This document shows, in pieces, positions 37,093-45,372 of a stretch of 57,290 nucleotides of DNA. Position numbers and translations under genes: made by a program. Within the stretch, counting starts at the first letter, position 1. Each line of letters begins with the position of its first letter. A model generated the notes under the pieces. It was not told the DNA's origin. It was given only the letters and a program-made list of their open reading frames with translations, and did no database searches. Source of the DNA: Candidatus Dormiibacterota bacterium (GTDB lineage: Bacteria > Chloroflexota > Dormibacteria > Dormibacterales > Dormibacteraceae); the NCBI GenBank assembly GCA_955652835.1, contig CATPBO010000139.1, positions 1-57,290 of the forward strand. The letters run 5' to 3'.

Positions 37093-37724
37093 TGGACGCT
37101 CAGCCGCGCCACGTTCAGCAGCTTCGTACCCACACGTGGGTCGTTGTGCTCAGCGCCGCAGTCGCTGTGATCATCGAGCTGGCACAGCTGTTGGTCTTGG
37201 CCGAGCTGTGGGTTGTGCCGCAGGCACACGACGTCTACTCGCCCAACGCCATCCCGATCAAGGTCCGGACCGCTGCATCCCAAACGCCCGCGCTGACGAC
37301 AACGGCGAGCGAATCACTCGCTGAGGTTCGCTGCGAGGTCTGGCACGCTGGAGACTGGACTGGTCAGCAGTTCGCGCCCAAAACTGGTCCTTGCCCTGAC
37401 GATGCGACGCTCGAATTGGCCTACTGGCCTCAGTTTTCCCAGAGCCCGAAGACTCTCTACCTGGCGTGGAGGCGCTGCTCGGTCTTCAACGTCGAGTACA
37501 TCGACGTCAACCGAACCTTGATCATCCACTGCTACTCGGCCGGAACCTTGATCCCACCTCTCAGGCTTCCTGGTGTCGTCGCCCAGTCATTTCTCGACCT
37601 TATGGTGGTGCCAACCGACGCCCTCTCGCCTGGAAGCCTCGGCATCATCGAAGACGACCGCGTCGAGCACTTCATCGGCGATTACAGCAGCGAAGTCCTG
37701 CTCGCGACCGCAACGATCTCCTGA
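37092..37724 (+). CDS. Hypothetical membrane-anchored protein with 4 Cys
   Basis: 210 aa with an N-terminal TM helix followed by a soluble domain. It is translationally coupled to the preceding ORF. The DNA is visibly more A/T-rich than the core genes. Confidence 0.5.
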   Translation: MDAQPRHVQQLRTHTWVVVLSAAVAVIIELAQLLVLAELWVVPQAHDVYSPNAIPIKVRTAASQTPALTTTASESLAEVRCEVWHAGDWTGQQFAPKTGPCPDDATLELAYWPQFSQSPKTLYLAWRRCSVFNVEYIDVNRTLIIHCYSAGTLIPPLRLPGVVAQSFLDLMVVPTDALSPGSLGIIEDDRVEHFIGDYSSEVLLATATIS

Positions 37725-37727
37725 CCT

Positions 37728-38327
37728 CTAAGGGGCGAAGATCCGGCAGAGGCTTTCCGACAGCGACTCCGCATCGGCGCCCGGGTGGGTCAGGTAGTAG
37801 CCCACGGCGTCGCTGACCGCCCCCACGACGGCGCGACCGAAGACCTGCGGATCCTTGTCAGCATAAAAAGGATCGTGAACCGTGGCATGGCGGACCTCCT
37901 CGGCCACCGCGTCCGCGAACTGGCTCTGCAGCTCCTGTCGAACTCTATCGACGCCCGCGCTGAGGCCCACCGACTCCACGATCAGCAGGCGCGCGACCGA
38001 CGACCGGTCGAAGCACGACCGCACGAAAGTGGTGATGCCCAGCCGAAGCCTCTCGTGGTGGTTGCGACCCAGCGCCGCTTCCGCGAGCACGTCATCGATC
38101 AGCGATCCACCTTCATGCGACAGCAGCTCGCGGAAGCAGTCCTCCTTCGACGTGAAGAACTCATAGAACGCAGACTTGGACACCTTGGCCCGCTCCACGA
38201 CCTCTTCGACCGAGGTCGCGTTGTAGCCAAGCGTGGCGAACAGGTCGAGGGCGGCGCTGGCGATCCGCCTCCGGCGCCTCTCCAGCCTTACGTCTTTCCG
38301 CAGCTGGGCGCCGGACGCTGTCGCCAT
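37728..38327 (-). CDS. TetR-family transcriptional regulator
   Basis: ATG 38327 ('MATASGAQL..'). HTH 'ASAALDLFATLGYNATSVEEVVERAKVSKSAFYEFFTSKEDCF'. Confidence 0.85.
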   Translation of the reverse strand: MATASGAQLRKDVRLERRRRRIASAALDLFATLGYNATSVEEVVERAKVSKSAFYEFFTSKEDCFRELLSHEGGSLIDDVLAEAALGRNHHERLRLGITTFVRSCFDRSSVARLLIVESVGLSAGVDRVRQELQSQFADAVAEEVRHATVHDPFYADKDPQVFGRAVVGAVSDAVGYYLTHPGADAESLSESLCRIFAP

Positions 38328-38332
38328 GCTCT

Positions 38333-39535
38333 TTAGCTCTTGGCCAGTGCCCGCGAGATGACGATGCGCTGGATCTCGCTGGTGCCCTCGAACAGGGTGT
38401 AGATCTTGGCGTCCCGGTGCCACTTCTCAACCGGGAAGTCGCGGATGTAGCCGTAGCCGCCGCAGATCTGGATCGCCTGCTCCGTGACCTTGACCGCGAC
38501 CTCGCCGGCCTTGAGCTTGGCCATCGAGCCCTCTGCCTTCTTGAACTCGCCACCGTTGCGGCCTTCCCAAAGCGCACGCCAGATCAGGGCGCGGGTCGCC
38601 TCGATCTCGGTCGCCATGTCCGCGAGCATGAATGCGATCGCCTCGTTCTCGATCAGGGCCCGGCCGAACTGCTTGCGCTCCTTCGCGTACGCGAGCGCGA
38701 ACTCGAACGCCGCGCGGGCGATCCCCAGCGCCTGTGCACCGACGATCGGGCGCGAAAGCTCGAACGTCTTGAGCGCGACCGACGACCGGGAGTGAGTGCC
38801 CTCGCGAGCTCGGGCAAGCTTGGCCTCGAGCTTCTCCACGCCACCCAGCACGTTCTCGGCCGGGATCGTGCAGTCCTCGAGCAGCACCTCGGCGGTGTGC
38901 GAGGCCCGGATGCCCATCTTCTTTTCCTTCTTCCCCATGCGCAGGCCCTTGGTGCCGGGCCCGACGACAAAGCTCGCCTGGCCTCGCGTGCCGAGCTCGG
39001 GCTCGACCGCAGCCACCACGACGTGCACGTCGGCGATGCCTCCGTTGGTGATGAAGATCTTCTGGCCGTTGATCACCCAATCGCCGTTCTTCCGAATGGC
39101 TCGCGTCTTCATCGAGGAGACGTCCGAGCCGGCGTCGGGCTCCGTCACAGCAAAAGCTCCGAGGGCCGGCTTCTCGACGGTGCCGAAGCAAGCCGGGATC
39201 CAGGTTGCGATCTGCTCAGGAGTCCCCTGGGAGAATATCGCGGCGATGGGCAGGCCGGTGCCTTGGATGGCGAGTGCGATGCCGGCGCAGCCCCAGGTCA
39301 GCTCCTCCGCGACCAGCGCGGGCATGATCCCGGTGCTGTCGCCGTAGGTCTGCTGGAGGAACTCGACTCCATAGAGGCCGACCTCGGCCGCCTTCTTGAC
39401 GATCGGCCACGGGAACTCTTCTGCCTCGTCGTACTGGTGAGCCACGGGGCGGATCTCTTTTTCCGCGAAGCTGTGCACCCAGTCCCGGATCTCACGCTGC
39501 TCGTCGCTTAGCTCAAACGAAACCATTTCCGCCAT
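38333..39535 (-). CDS. Acyl-CoA dehydrogenase
   Basis: 'FAVTEPDAGSD', 'ITNGG', 'QICGGYGYIRDFPVEKWHRDAKIYTLFEGTSEIQR'. ATG 39535 has AGGAG upstream (the ORF track starts at TTG 39553). Confidence 0.9.
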   Translation of the reverse strand: MAEMVSFELSDEQREIRDWVHSFAEKEIRPVAHQYDEAEEFPWPIVKKAAEVGLYGVEFLQQTYGDSTGIMPALVAEELTWGCAGIALAIQGTGLPIAAIFSQGTPEQIATWIPACFGTVEKPALGAFAVTEPDAGSDVSSMKTRAIRKNGDWVINGQKIFITNGGIADVHVVVAAVEPELGTRGQASFVVGPGTKGLRMGKKEKKMGIRASHTAEVLLEDCTIPAENVLGGVEKLEAKLARAREGTHSRSSVALKTFELSRPIVGAQALGIARAAFEFALAYAKERKQFGRALIENEAIAFMLADMATEIEATRALIWRALWEGRNGGEFKKAEGSMAKLKAGEVAVKVTEQAIQICGGYGYIRDFPVEKWHRDAKIYTLFEGTSEIQRIVISRALAKS

Positions 39536-39558
39536 GTGCTCCTGTGTTGACAACGTTT

Positions 39559-39576
39559 CAGTACTCGAACGTACTG
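39559..39576. promoter_or_regulatory. Inverted repeat CAGTAC-N6-GTACTG upstream of the acyl-CoA dehydrogenase gene; candidate TetR operator
   Basis: 6-bp perfect arms, 24 nt upstream of ATG 39535. It lies downstream of a possible minus-strand TTGACA / TAGCGT promoter. Confidence 0.3.
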
Positions 39577-39632
39577 GTTTCCGGCCACGACGCTACGCCG
39601 CAATGCGTCATCGTGTCAATAGCCTTACGCGG

Positions 39633-40442
39633 CTATTCGCCGGTCCAATGCGGCTTGCGCTTGGACAGGAAAGCCTCGACGCCTTCCTTGAAGTCCCGGG
39701 ACATGTAGCAGGCGACGATCAGGTCGGAGTCGGCCCCCTCGGGTATCAGCCCATCGCGCACGCGCCGCAGCGCCTCTTTGGTGGCCCACAGCGTGAGCGG
39801 GGCCAGCGATACGAGTTCCTCGGCGAGCGACTGCGCGCGAGCAGCCAGCGACTCCTCGTCCGGCATGACCTCGGAAATTAGCCCGCACGCGAGCATCTCG
39901 CCGGCGTCCATCAGCCGCGCGCGCATGATCAGGTCCTTCAGCCGGGCAAATCCGATCAGGACGGCGAGGCGGGTGTAGTTGGCCATCGACAGGCAGTTGC
40001 CCAGCGTCCGCGCGATCGGAAACCCATACCGCGCGGAGGGCGAGGCGATGCGGAGGTCGCAGCATGCGGCGATCACCGCCCCGGCACCGGTACACGGCCC
40101 CGCGATCGCGGCAATCGTCGGCACGCGCACGGATTCGAGCGTGCCCATGACCGCGTTCCCTCGCGCCTCGTAGTCGAGCGCGTCCTGCTCGGTTTTGAAG
40201 GCTCGAAACTGCGCGATGTCTGTCCCCGCCACAAAGGCACGGCCACCGGCGCCGGTCAACACAACGGCCCGAACGGTGCGATCAGCGTTGACCTCGCGAC
40301 AGGCGGCCTCGAGCCGGTTGTACATGTTCCAGGTCAGCGCATTCCGCGCTTGCGGGCGGTTGAAGGTGATCCAGACGGTGGCGCCCCGCCGCTCGACGAT
40401 CAGCTCGTCCGCCGGTCCGGAAGCGCCCGCGGCTTCGCTCAT
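39633..40442 (-). CDS. Enoyl-CoA hydratase/isomerase (crotonase) family protein
   Basis: 'VWITFNRPQARNAL', 'VVLTGAGGRAFVAGTDI', 'IAAIAGPCTGAGAVIAACCDLRIAS'. Confidence 0.85.
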   Translation of the reverse strand: MSEAAGASGPADELIVERRGATVWITFNRPQARNALTWNMYNRLEAACREVNADRTVRAVVLTGAGGRAFVAGTDIAQFRAFKTEQDALDYEARGNAVMGTLESVRVPTIAAIAGPCTGAGAVIAACCDLRIASPSARYGFPIARTLGNCLSMANYTRLAVLIGFARLKDLIMRARLMDAGEMLACGLISEVMPDEESLAARAQSLAEELVSLAPLTLWATKEALRRVRDGLIPEGADSDLIVACYMSRDFKEGVEAFLSKRKPHWTGE

Positions 40443-41710
40443 TGAGAAACCCCTTCGGCCGCGGTCTTCACCACGCGCGACTCAACCAGGCGGCTTACCT
40501 CAGAGGGTTCATAGCCCAGCTCGGCGAGCAAACCGGCAGAGTCCTCGCCAAGCAGCGGTGCCGCTCTGTCTTGCCGGACTCTGGTCCGAGAGAATCGCAT
40601 CGGCGAACCAAGCTGCCGAACCGTTCCCGCTTTTCGATGCGGCGCATCCCAGAAGTACTTCCTGGCCATGAGGTGCGGGTCCGTGAAGACCTGGCCGAAG
40701 TCCAGGATCGGAGCGCACGGTACGCCGGCTTCCCCAAAGACCTCCAGCCAGTGTGTGGTCGGCCTGGTCAAGGTCACGGACTCGATGGACAAGGCGAGGC
40801 TCTCGCGATTGAGATGACGCCGGCTCGAGTCGGCATAGCGTTTGTCCTGCAGCAGGTTCTCGAGTCCAAGCGTCCGGCACAACGCGGTCCAGTTCGGTTT
40901 GGTCGTGGCGCCGATTGTCAGCCAGCCGTCTGCGGCTCGAAAGGCCTGGTAGGGCGCCGCACTCTGATGAGCGGAGCCCGAAGGCTTCGGTATCTCGCCG
41001 GTGGCGAAAAAGCTGCCCGCCTCCCAGATCGCGAAAGAAACTCCCGCCTCGAGTAGGGACACGTCGATGTACTGTCCCGCGCCGCTCTCGCGGCGCTCGT
41101 ACAGCGCCGCCACCGCGGCGAGAGCGCCATAAAGGGCGCACACGAGGTCGCAGACTGGCACGCCGACCTTGACCGGGTCGCCTCCGGGGGTTCCCGTGAT
41201 GCTCATGAGGCCGGAGCGCGCCTGAGCCATGATGTCCATGCCCGGCTGGTCGCGCAGCGGTCCGTCCTGGCCCCACCCTGAGGCTGCCACGTAGATAAGC
41301 CCTGGGTTGATGGCGCGGAGAATTTCGTAGTTCAGCCCAAGGTCGGTCATGGTCCCGGGGCGGAGGTTCTCGACGACCACGTCGGCGGTGCCCGCGAGCT
41401 TGCGGAAGATCTCCTTGCCCTCGTCGCTTTTGAGGTCCAGCGCAATCGACCGCTTGTTGCGGTTGAGACGCATGAAAGCCGAGCCCTCGCCCTCGATCAG
41501 CGGCGCCGATTGGCGCACCTGGTCGCCACCCTCAGGGTGTTCCACCTTGATCACCTCTGCACCCAGGTCGGCGAGCTGCATGGCGCAGAACGGGGCAGCC
41601 ATGTAGTTGCCGACTTCGACCACACGGATGCCCGACAGCGGAGGCTGCGCCCGCTGCGCCAAACCGTCAACGGGCTTAGCGCTCACCGAGCTCCTTCGCG
41701 TCGTGCCCAA
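40439..41710 (-). CDS. Family-III CoA-transferase (CaiB/BaiF type), copy 2
   Basis: 'LSGIRVVEVGNYMAAPFCAMQLADLGAEVIKVE', 'NRNKRSIALDLK', and the catalytic Asp context 'GQDGPLRDQPGMDIMAQARSGLMSITG'. The start is uncertain. Confidence 0.85.
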   Translation of the reverse strand: MGTTRRSSVSAKPVDGLAQRAQPPLSGIRVVEVGNYMAAPFCAMQLADLGAEVIKVEHPEGGDQVRQSAPLIEGEGSAFMRLNRNKRSIALDLKSDEGKEIFRKLAGTADVVVENLRPGTMTDLGLNYEILRAINPGLIYVAASGWGQDGPLRDQPGMDIMAQARSGLMSITGTPGGDPVKVGVPVCDLVCALYGALAAVAALYERRESGAGQYIDVSLLEAGVSFAIWEAGSFFATGEIPKPSGSAHQSAAPYQAFRAADGWLTIGATTKPNWTALCRTLGLENLLQDKRYADSSRRHLNRESLALSIESVTLTRPTTHWLEVFGEAGVPCAPILDFGQVFTDPHLMARKYFWDAPHRKAGTVRQLGSPMRFSRTRVRQDRAAPLLGEDSAGLLAELGYEPSEVSRLVESRVVKTAAEGVSQ

Positions 41711-42851
41711 GCCAGTCGCGGATCACCTCCACAGTGTGCTGCCCGAGCAGCGGGGGCGGGATCCGGATCGCGCTGGATTCACCATCGATCTTCCACGGCG
41801 CGGCGACCTGGTTGATGTGGCCGGACTTTGGGTGGTCGATCCTCACGCGCATCTGGCGCGACGTCGCGAGGGGACTTGCAAAGGCCTCCTCGATGTCGAG
41901 GATGGGCCCCGCCGGAATTCCAAACTTCTCGAAGCGTTTCAACCAATGCTCACGAGTTTCGTCCCGGAGGTGTGCTTCGATCGCTCGGTTCAACTCCGCG
42001 CGGCCCGCCTGCCGATCGGCGTTGGATGCGAATCTCGGATCGCCGGCAAGCTCTGGTGCGTGGATCGCCTCGCAGAACCGGAGGAACTGGGGATCCGACG
42101 CGACGGCCACATTGATGAAGCCGTCTCTGACCGGATACGTGCCGTAGGGCGCGATGGTGGGGTGGTGGTTGCCCTCCTGGCTCGGGACCTCGCCCGTCGC
42201 GAAGAACCGTCCCGCCTGGTAGGTGAAGAGCGCGAGCAGCGAATCGTTGAGTGCGACGTCAATGTTGCGGCCGGTGCCCGTGCTCGCGCGCTCGACAAGC
42301 GCGGCCAGGATCGCGTGGCACGCAAACATCCCGGCCGCGATGTCGCCAATGGGAACTCCAACCTTGGTCGGCGGGCCCTCGGGCGTCGCGTTCATGCTCA
42401 TCATGCCCGACGTGCCCTGGGCAATCTGGTCGTAGCCCGCCAGCGTCGGCTGGTTCTGGCCGAAGCCGCTGATCGACGCGTACACCAGCGCGGCCTTCAT
42501 GCCCTGGAGCTTCTCTGCGTCCAAGCCGAGTCGGGCCATCGTGCCGGGCTTGAAGTTCTCCACGATCACATCGGACGCCATGGCCAGCTCCGTCGCCACG
42601 GCCACGGCCGCCGGGTTCTTCAGGTCGAGGGCAACGCTCCGCTTGTTCCGGTTCACGGACAGGAAGTAGGACGACTCTCCTTTGATGAATGGCGGTCCCC
42701 ACTCTCGTGAATGGTCTCCGGATGGAGGCTCGACTTTGACGATGTCAGCGCCCAAGTCGCCGAGGAGCATCGTGCAGTAGGGACCGGCGAGTGCCTGGCT
42801 GAAGTCGAGGACGCGGATGCCCGCCAGCGGCAGGGGAGCGGAGGCGGCCAC
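41676..42851 (-). CDS. Family-III CoA-transferase (CaiB/BaiF type), copy 1
   Basis: 'LAGIRVLDFSQALAGPYCTMLLGDLGADIVKVE', 'NRNKRSVALDLK', 'GYDQIAQGTSGMMSMNG'-like segment. Confidence 0.85.
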   Translation of the reverse strand: MAASAPLPLAGIRVLDFSQALAGPYCTMLLGDLGADIVKVEPPSGDHSREWGPPFIKGESSYFLSVNRNKRSVALDLKNPAAVAVATELAMASDVIVENFKPGTMARLGLDAEKLQGMKAALVYASISGFGQNQPTLAGYDQIAQGTSGMMSMNATPEGPPTKVGVPIGDIAAGMFACHAILAALVERASTGTGRNIDVALNDSLLALFTYQAGRFFATGEVPSQEGNHHPTIAPYGTYPVRDGFINVAVASDPQFLRFCEAIHAPELAGDPRFASNADRQAGRAELNRAIEAHLRDETREHWLKRFEKFGIPAGPILDIEEAFASPLATSRQMRVRIDHPKSGHINQVAAPWKIDGESSAIRIPPPLLGQHTVEVIRDWLGHDAKELGER

Positions 42852-42854
42852 GCT

Positions 42855-44543
42855 TCAGGCCCGTCGGGCGTCCTCTTCGCCCACGCCCGCTGACGGCCGC
42901 ATGAACAGCCGGAGACGGCCTCGCAGTCCGGACGCGTGCCTGAACTTGGCTTCCCGGCGCGACAGGATCGTCTTGATGGGCACCTGGTCCAGGCTCGCCA
43001 GCTCTTCGGTCAACGCCTGGCGCAGCATGGTCGCAACGATATCCGGCGCCTCATGCGCGGGCGGTTGCTCGGCCACAACCCGATCGACGAGTCGCAGACC
43101 AAAGAGATCGCGCGCCGTCAGCTTGAGCTGGCCGGCAAGCTCCCGGGCGTGCTCGGCATCGCGGTAGAGAATCGTCGACGCGGCCTCGGGCCCGATGACC
43201 GAAAAGATCGCGTTCTCCAGCATGAGCAGGCGATCACCGACCGATAGGGCAAGCGCTCCGCCGCTGCCGCCTTCGCCGACTACAACGTTGATGACCACGG
43301 TCCGCAGGCGGCTCAGCCGGGCCAGCGACTCCGCGACTGCACCAGTGATGCCGGCCGCTTCTGACTCGGCATCGGTGGCCGCACCCGGTGTATCGACCAG
43401 GGTGATGAGCGGCAGGGAGAAGCGTTCCGCCAGGGTGAATGCGCGCTGGGCCTTGCGATAGCCGCTCGGTCGCGCGCGACCGCCATTTGCCGCGTGACGG
43501 TCCTGCGCAACCACCACGACCGGGCGGCCGTGAAGCGTCCCAAGGCAAGCCATGATGGAAGCGTCGTCTTCCCCACTCCGGTCGCCGTGCAGCTCAAACG
43601 CATCATGGAAGACCCGCTGAGCGAAGTCGCGCCCGGTCGGGCGCGCAGGATGCCTGGCCAGCTCCACCGTTTCCCAAACGGGTCTGCCAGACCCGCTCAG
43701 AGGTGACAGTCGAGGCAGCGCCACTCGTTTGTTATGGCCCGCATCCGGCGAATGAAGAAGGGCCGCGAGGTGGCCGATGACTCGGCGCAGGTTCTCGCGC
43801 TCGACGATGGCATCGATCGTGCCGTGCTGGAGAGCGAACTCCGCTGTTCCCGGCGGAACCGCATCGCCGATCGCTTTCTCGTGGACGCGTGGTCCGACGA
43901 ACGAGATCCGCGCATGCGGCTCGGCCAGGATCACGTCGCCCATGCTGGCAAAGGAGGCGAGCACCCCACCCATTGTCGGGTCGGTCAGCACGGTCAGCAG
44001 TGGAAGTCCTTGCTCGCGCAATCGCGCTGCGCAAAGCGTGGTCTTTGCCATCTGAAACAGGGCCACCATCCCTTCCTGGATACGCGCCCCTCCTGACGAG
44101 CACACGACTATCACCGGCATCCGCGCCCGCCGTGCTGAATCGAGTGCGCGCGCGATCTTTTCGCCGACGACGGCGCCCATGCTGCCGCCGAGAAACCTGA
44201 AGTCAAAAATCGCCACCACGACGCTCATCCCCATGACCTGTGCCCGGCCGGTGACCACCGCATCGAGAAGTCCGGTTTCCGCCTGCGCCCGGACAAGCTG
44301 CTTCTCGTAGCTCGCGGCGCCGGCGGAGAAGTGAATCGGATTCCCGGACCACATGTGCCGGTCGTGTTCCTGGAAGGTTCCGCGGTCGGTGAGCTGATCG
44401 ATCCTCTGCGCCGAAGTCAGCGGTGCGTGGTAGCGGCACTTGGTGCAGACGCGATGCGCGTTCAGCGGCGCCGCGCATCTCGCGCACACGTCCGCCTTGT
44501 TCCCCGACGGCGTTGGTGGAACGCTAGGCGCGGGTGTCGACAT
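42855..44543 (-). CDS. Fused acetyl-CoA carboxylase carboxyltransferase, beta (AccD) then alpha (AccA)
   Basis: ATG 44543 ('MSTPAPS..'). AccD Zn-ribbon 'CARCAAPLNAHRVCTKC' and 'FDFRFLGGSMGAVVGEK'. AccA-type 'ELHGDRSGEDD', 'PSGYRKAQRAF', 'LVDTPGA', 'VGEGGSGGALAL'. Single uninterrupted ORF. Confidence 0.8.
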   Translation of the reverse strand: MSTPAPSVPPTPSGNKADVCARCAAPLNAHRVCTKCRYHAPLTSAQRIDQLTDRGTFQEHDRHMWSGNPIHFSAGAASYEKQLVRAQAETGLLDAVVTGRAQVMGMSVVVAIFDFRFLGGSMGAVVGEKIARALDSARRARMPVIVVCSSGGARIQEGMVALFQMAKTTLCAARLREQGLPLLTVLTDPTMGGVLASFASMGDVILAEPHARISFVGPRVHEKAIGDAVPPGTAEFALQHGTIDAIVERENLRRVIGHLAALLHSPDAGHNKRVALPRLSPLSGSGRPVWETVELARHPARPTGRDFAQRVFHDAFELHGDRSGEDDASIMACLGTLHGRPVVVVAQDRHAANGGRARPSGYRKAQRAFTLAERFSLPLITLVDTPGAATDAESEAAGITGAVAESLARLSRLRTVVINVVVGEGGSGGALALSVGDRLLMLENAIFSVIGPEAASTILYRDAEHARELAGQLKLTARDLFGLRLVDRVVAEQPPAHEAPDIVATMLRQALTEELASLDQVPIKTILSRREAKFRHASGLRGRLRLFMRPSAGVGEEDARRA

Positions 44544-45285
44544 CGTCGGAGGGTTCCGGCTGCCACCTGAGCAGCGAAACGTCCGCCACGACTCGCAGGT
44601 GTAGTCGCATCTCCTCGGCTGCCAGCTGGGTGCTTCCCGACTCAATGGCGGCAAGGATGCGGCGATGAGCTTCGAGCGAGCGGGGCGGCCGCCCGGGTTC
44701 GCTGAGCGATTCGACGCGGCTCTCTTGAATGACCTCAGCCATCGCATCGATCAGATGCAGGAGGATTTCGTTGCGACCGGCGAGCGCGATCGAGTGATGA
44801 AATGCCGCATCGCCTTCGATGCCCAACCCGCCGGCGTTGATCTCCGCCTCCATCTGCGCAAGCGCGGCTTTCATGGATTTGATGTCGTCGTCGCCGCGGT
44901 GACCTGCGGCAAGCTCCGCCAGCTTGACCTCGAGTGCCTCGCGAGCGTCGAGCACGTCGGGCAGGCGGCGGCGCCTCTCGAGAAGCTTCGTCAGGGACTC
45001 GCCGAAGCCACGCGTCCGGCGAAGGAACATGCCCTCGCCGTGGCGGACGTCGACAAAGCCCAGCGCCTGCAGCACGACAAATGACTGGCGCACCGAGGTA
45101 CGGCTCACATGCAGCTTATGTGCAAGCTCGCGCTCGGTTGGAAACTGGTCGCCAGGCGCCATGCGGGCCTCGCCGACGAACTCGGCCAGCCGCTCGCCCA
45201 CATCCTCGTAGATGCGGCTGCGTTCGAGCGGGCGTAGCGCTGCCGTCGATGGCGACCCCATCGGGGCCGAGTTTATCAGGCGCAT
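44524..45285 (-). CDS. GntR-family regulator, FadR subfamily (FCD C-terminal domain)
   Basis: wHTH 'PGDQFPTERELAHKLHVSRTSVRQSFVVLQALGFVDVRHGEGMFL' followed by an all-helical FCD-like domain. Confidence 0.85.
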   Translation of the reverse strand: MRLINSAPMGSPSTAALRPLERSRIYEDVGERLAEFVGEARMAPGDQFPTERELAHKLHVSRTSVRQSFVVLQALGFVDVRHGEGMFLRRTRGFGESLTKLLERRRRLPDVLDAREALEVKLAELAAGHRGDDDIKSMKAALAQMEAEINAGGLGIEGDAAFHHSIALAGRNEILLHLIDAMAEVIQESRVESLSEPGRPPRSLEAHRRILAAIESGSTQLAAEEMRLHLRVVADVSLLRWQPEPSDDVDTRA

Positions 45286-45293
45286 AGGTCCAG

Positions 45294-45333
45294 TGGTCCA
45301 ACCATTGACAACGCCACAAGGCTGGACTAATCT
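45294..45333 (+). promoter_or_regulatory. FadR-type operator TGGTCCAACCA next to the promoter of the ABC-transporter operon
   Basis: TGGT-N3-ACCA (45294-45304) abuts TTGACA (45305-45310), then a 17-nt spacer, then TAATCT (45328-45333). It lies 9 nt upstream of the divergent gntR ATG. Confidence 0.55.
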
Positions 45334-45372
45334 CGGCCCGAACCGGCTGAGCTTTGCCTGGAGGGACGGCTG

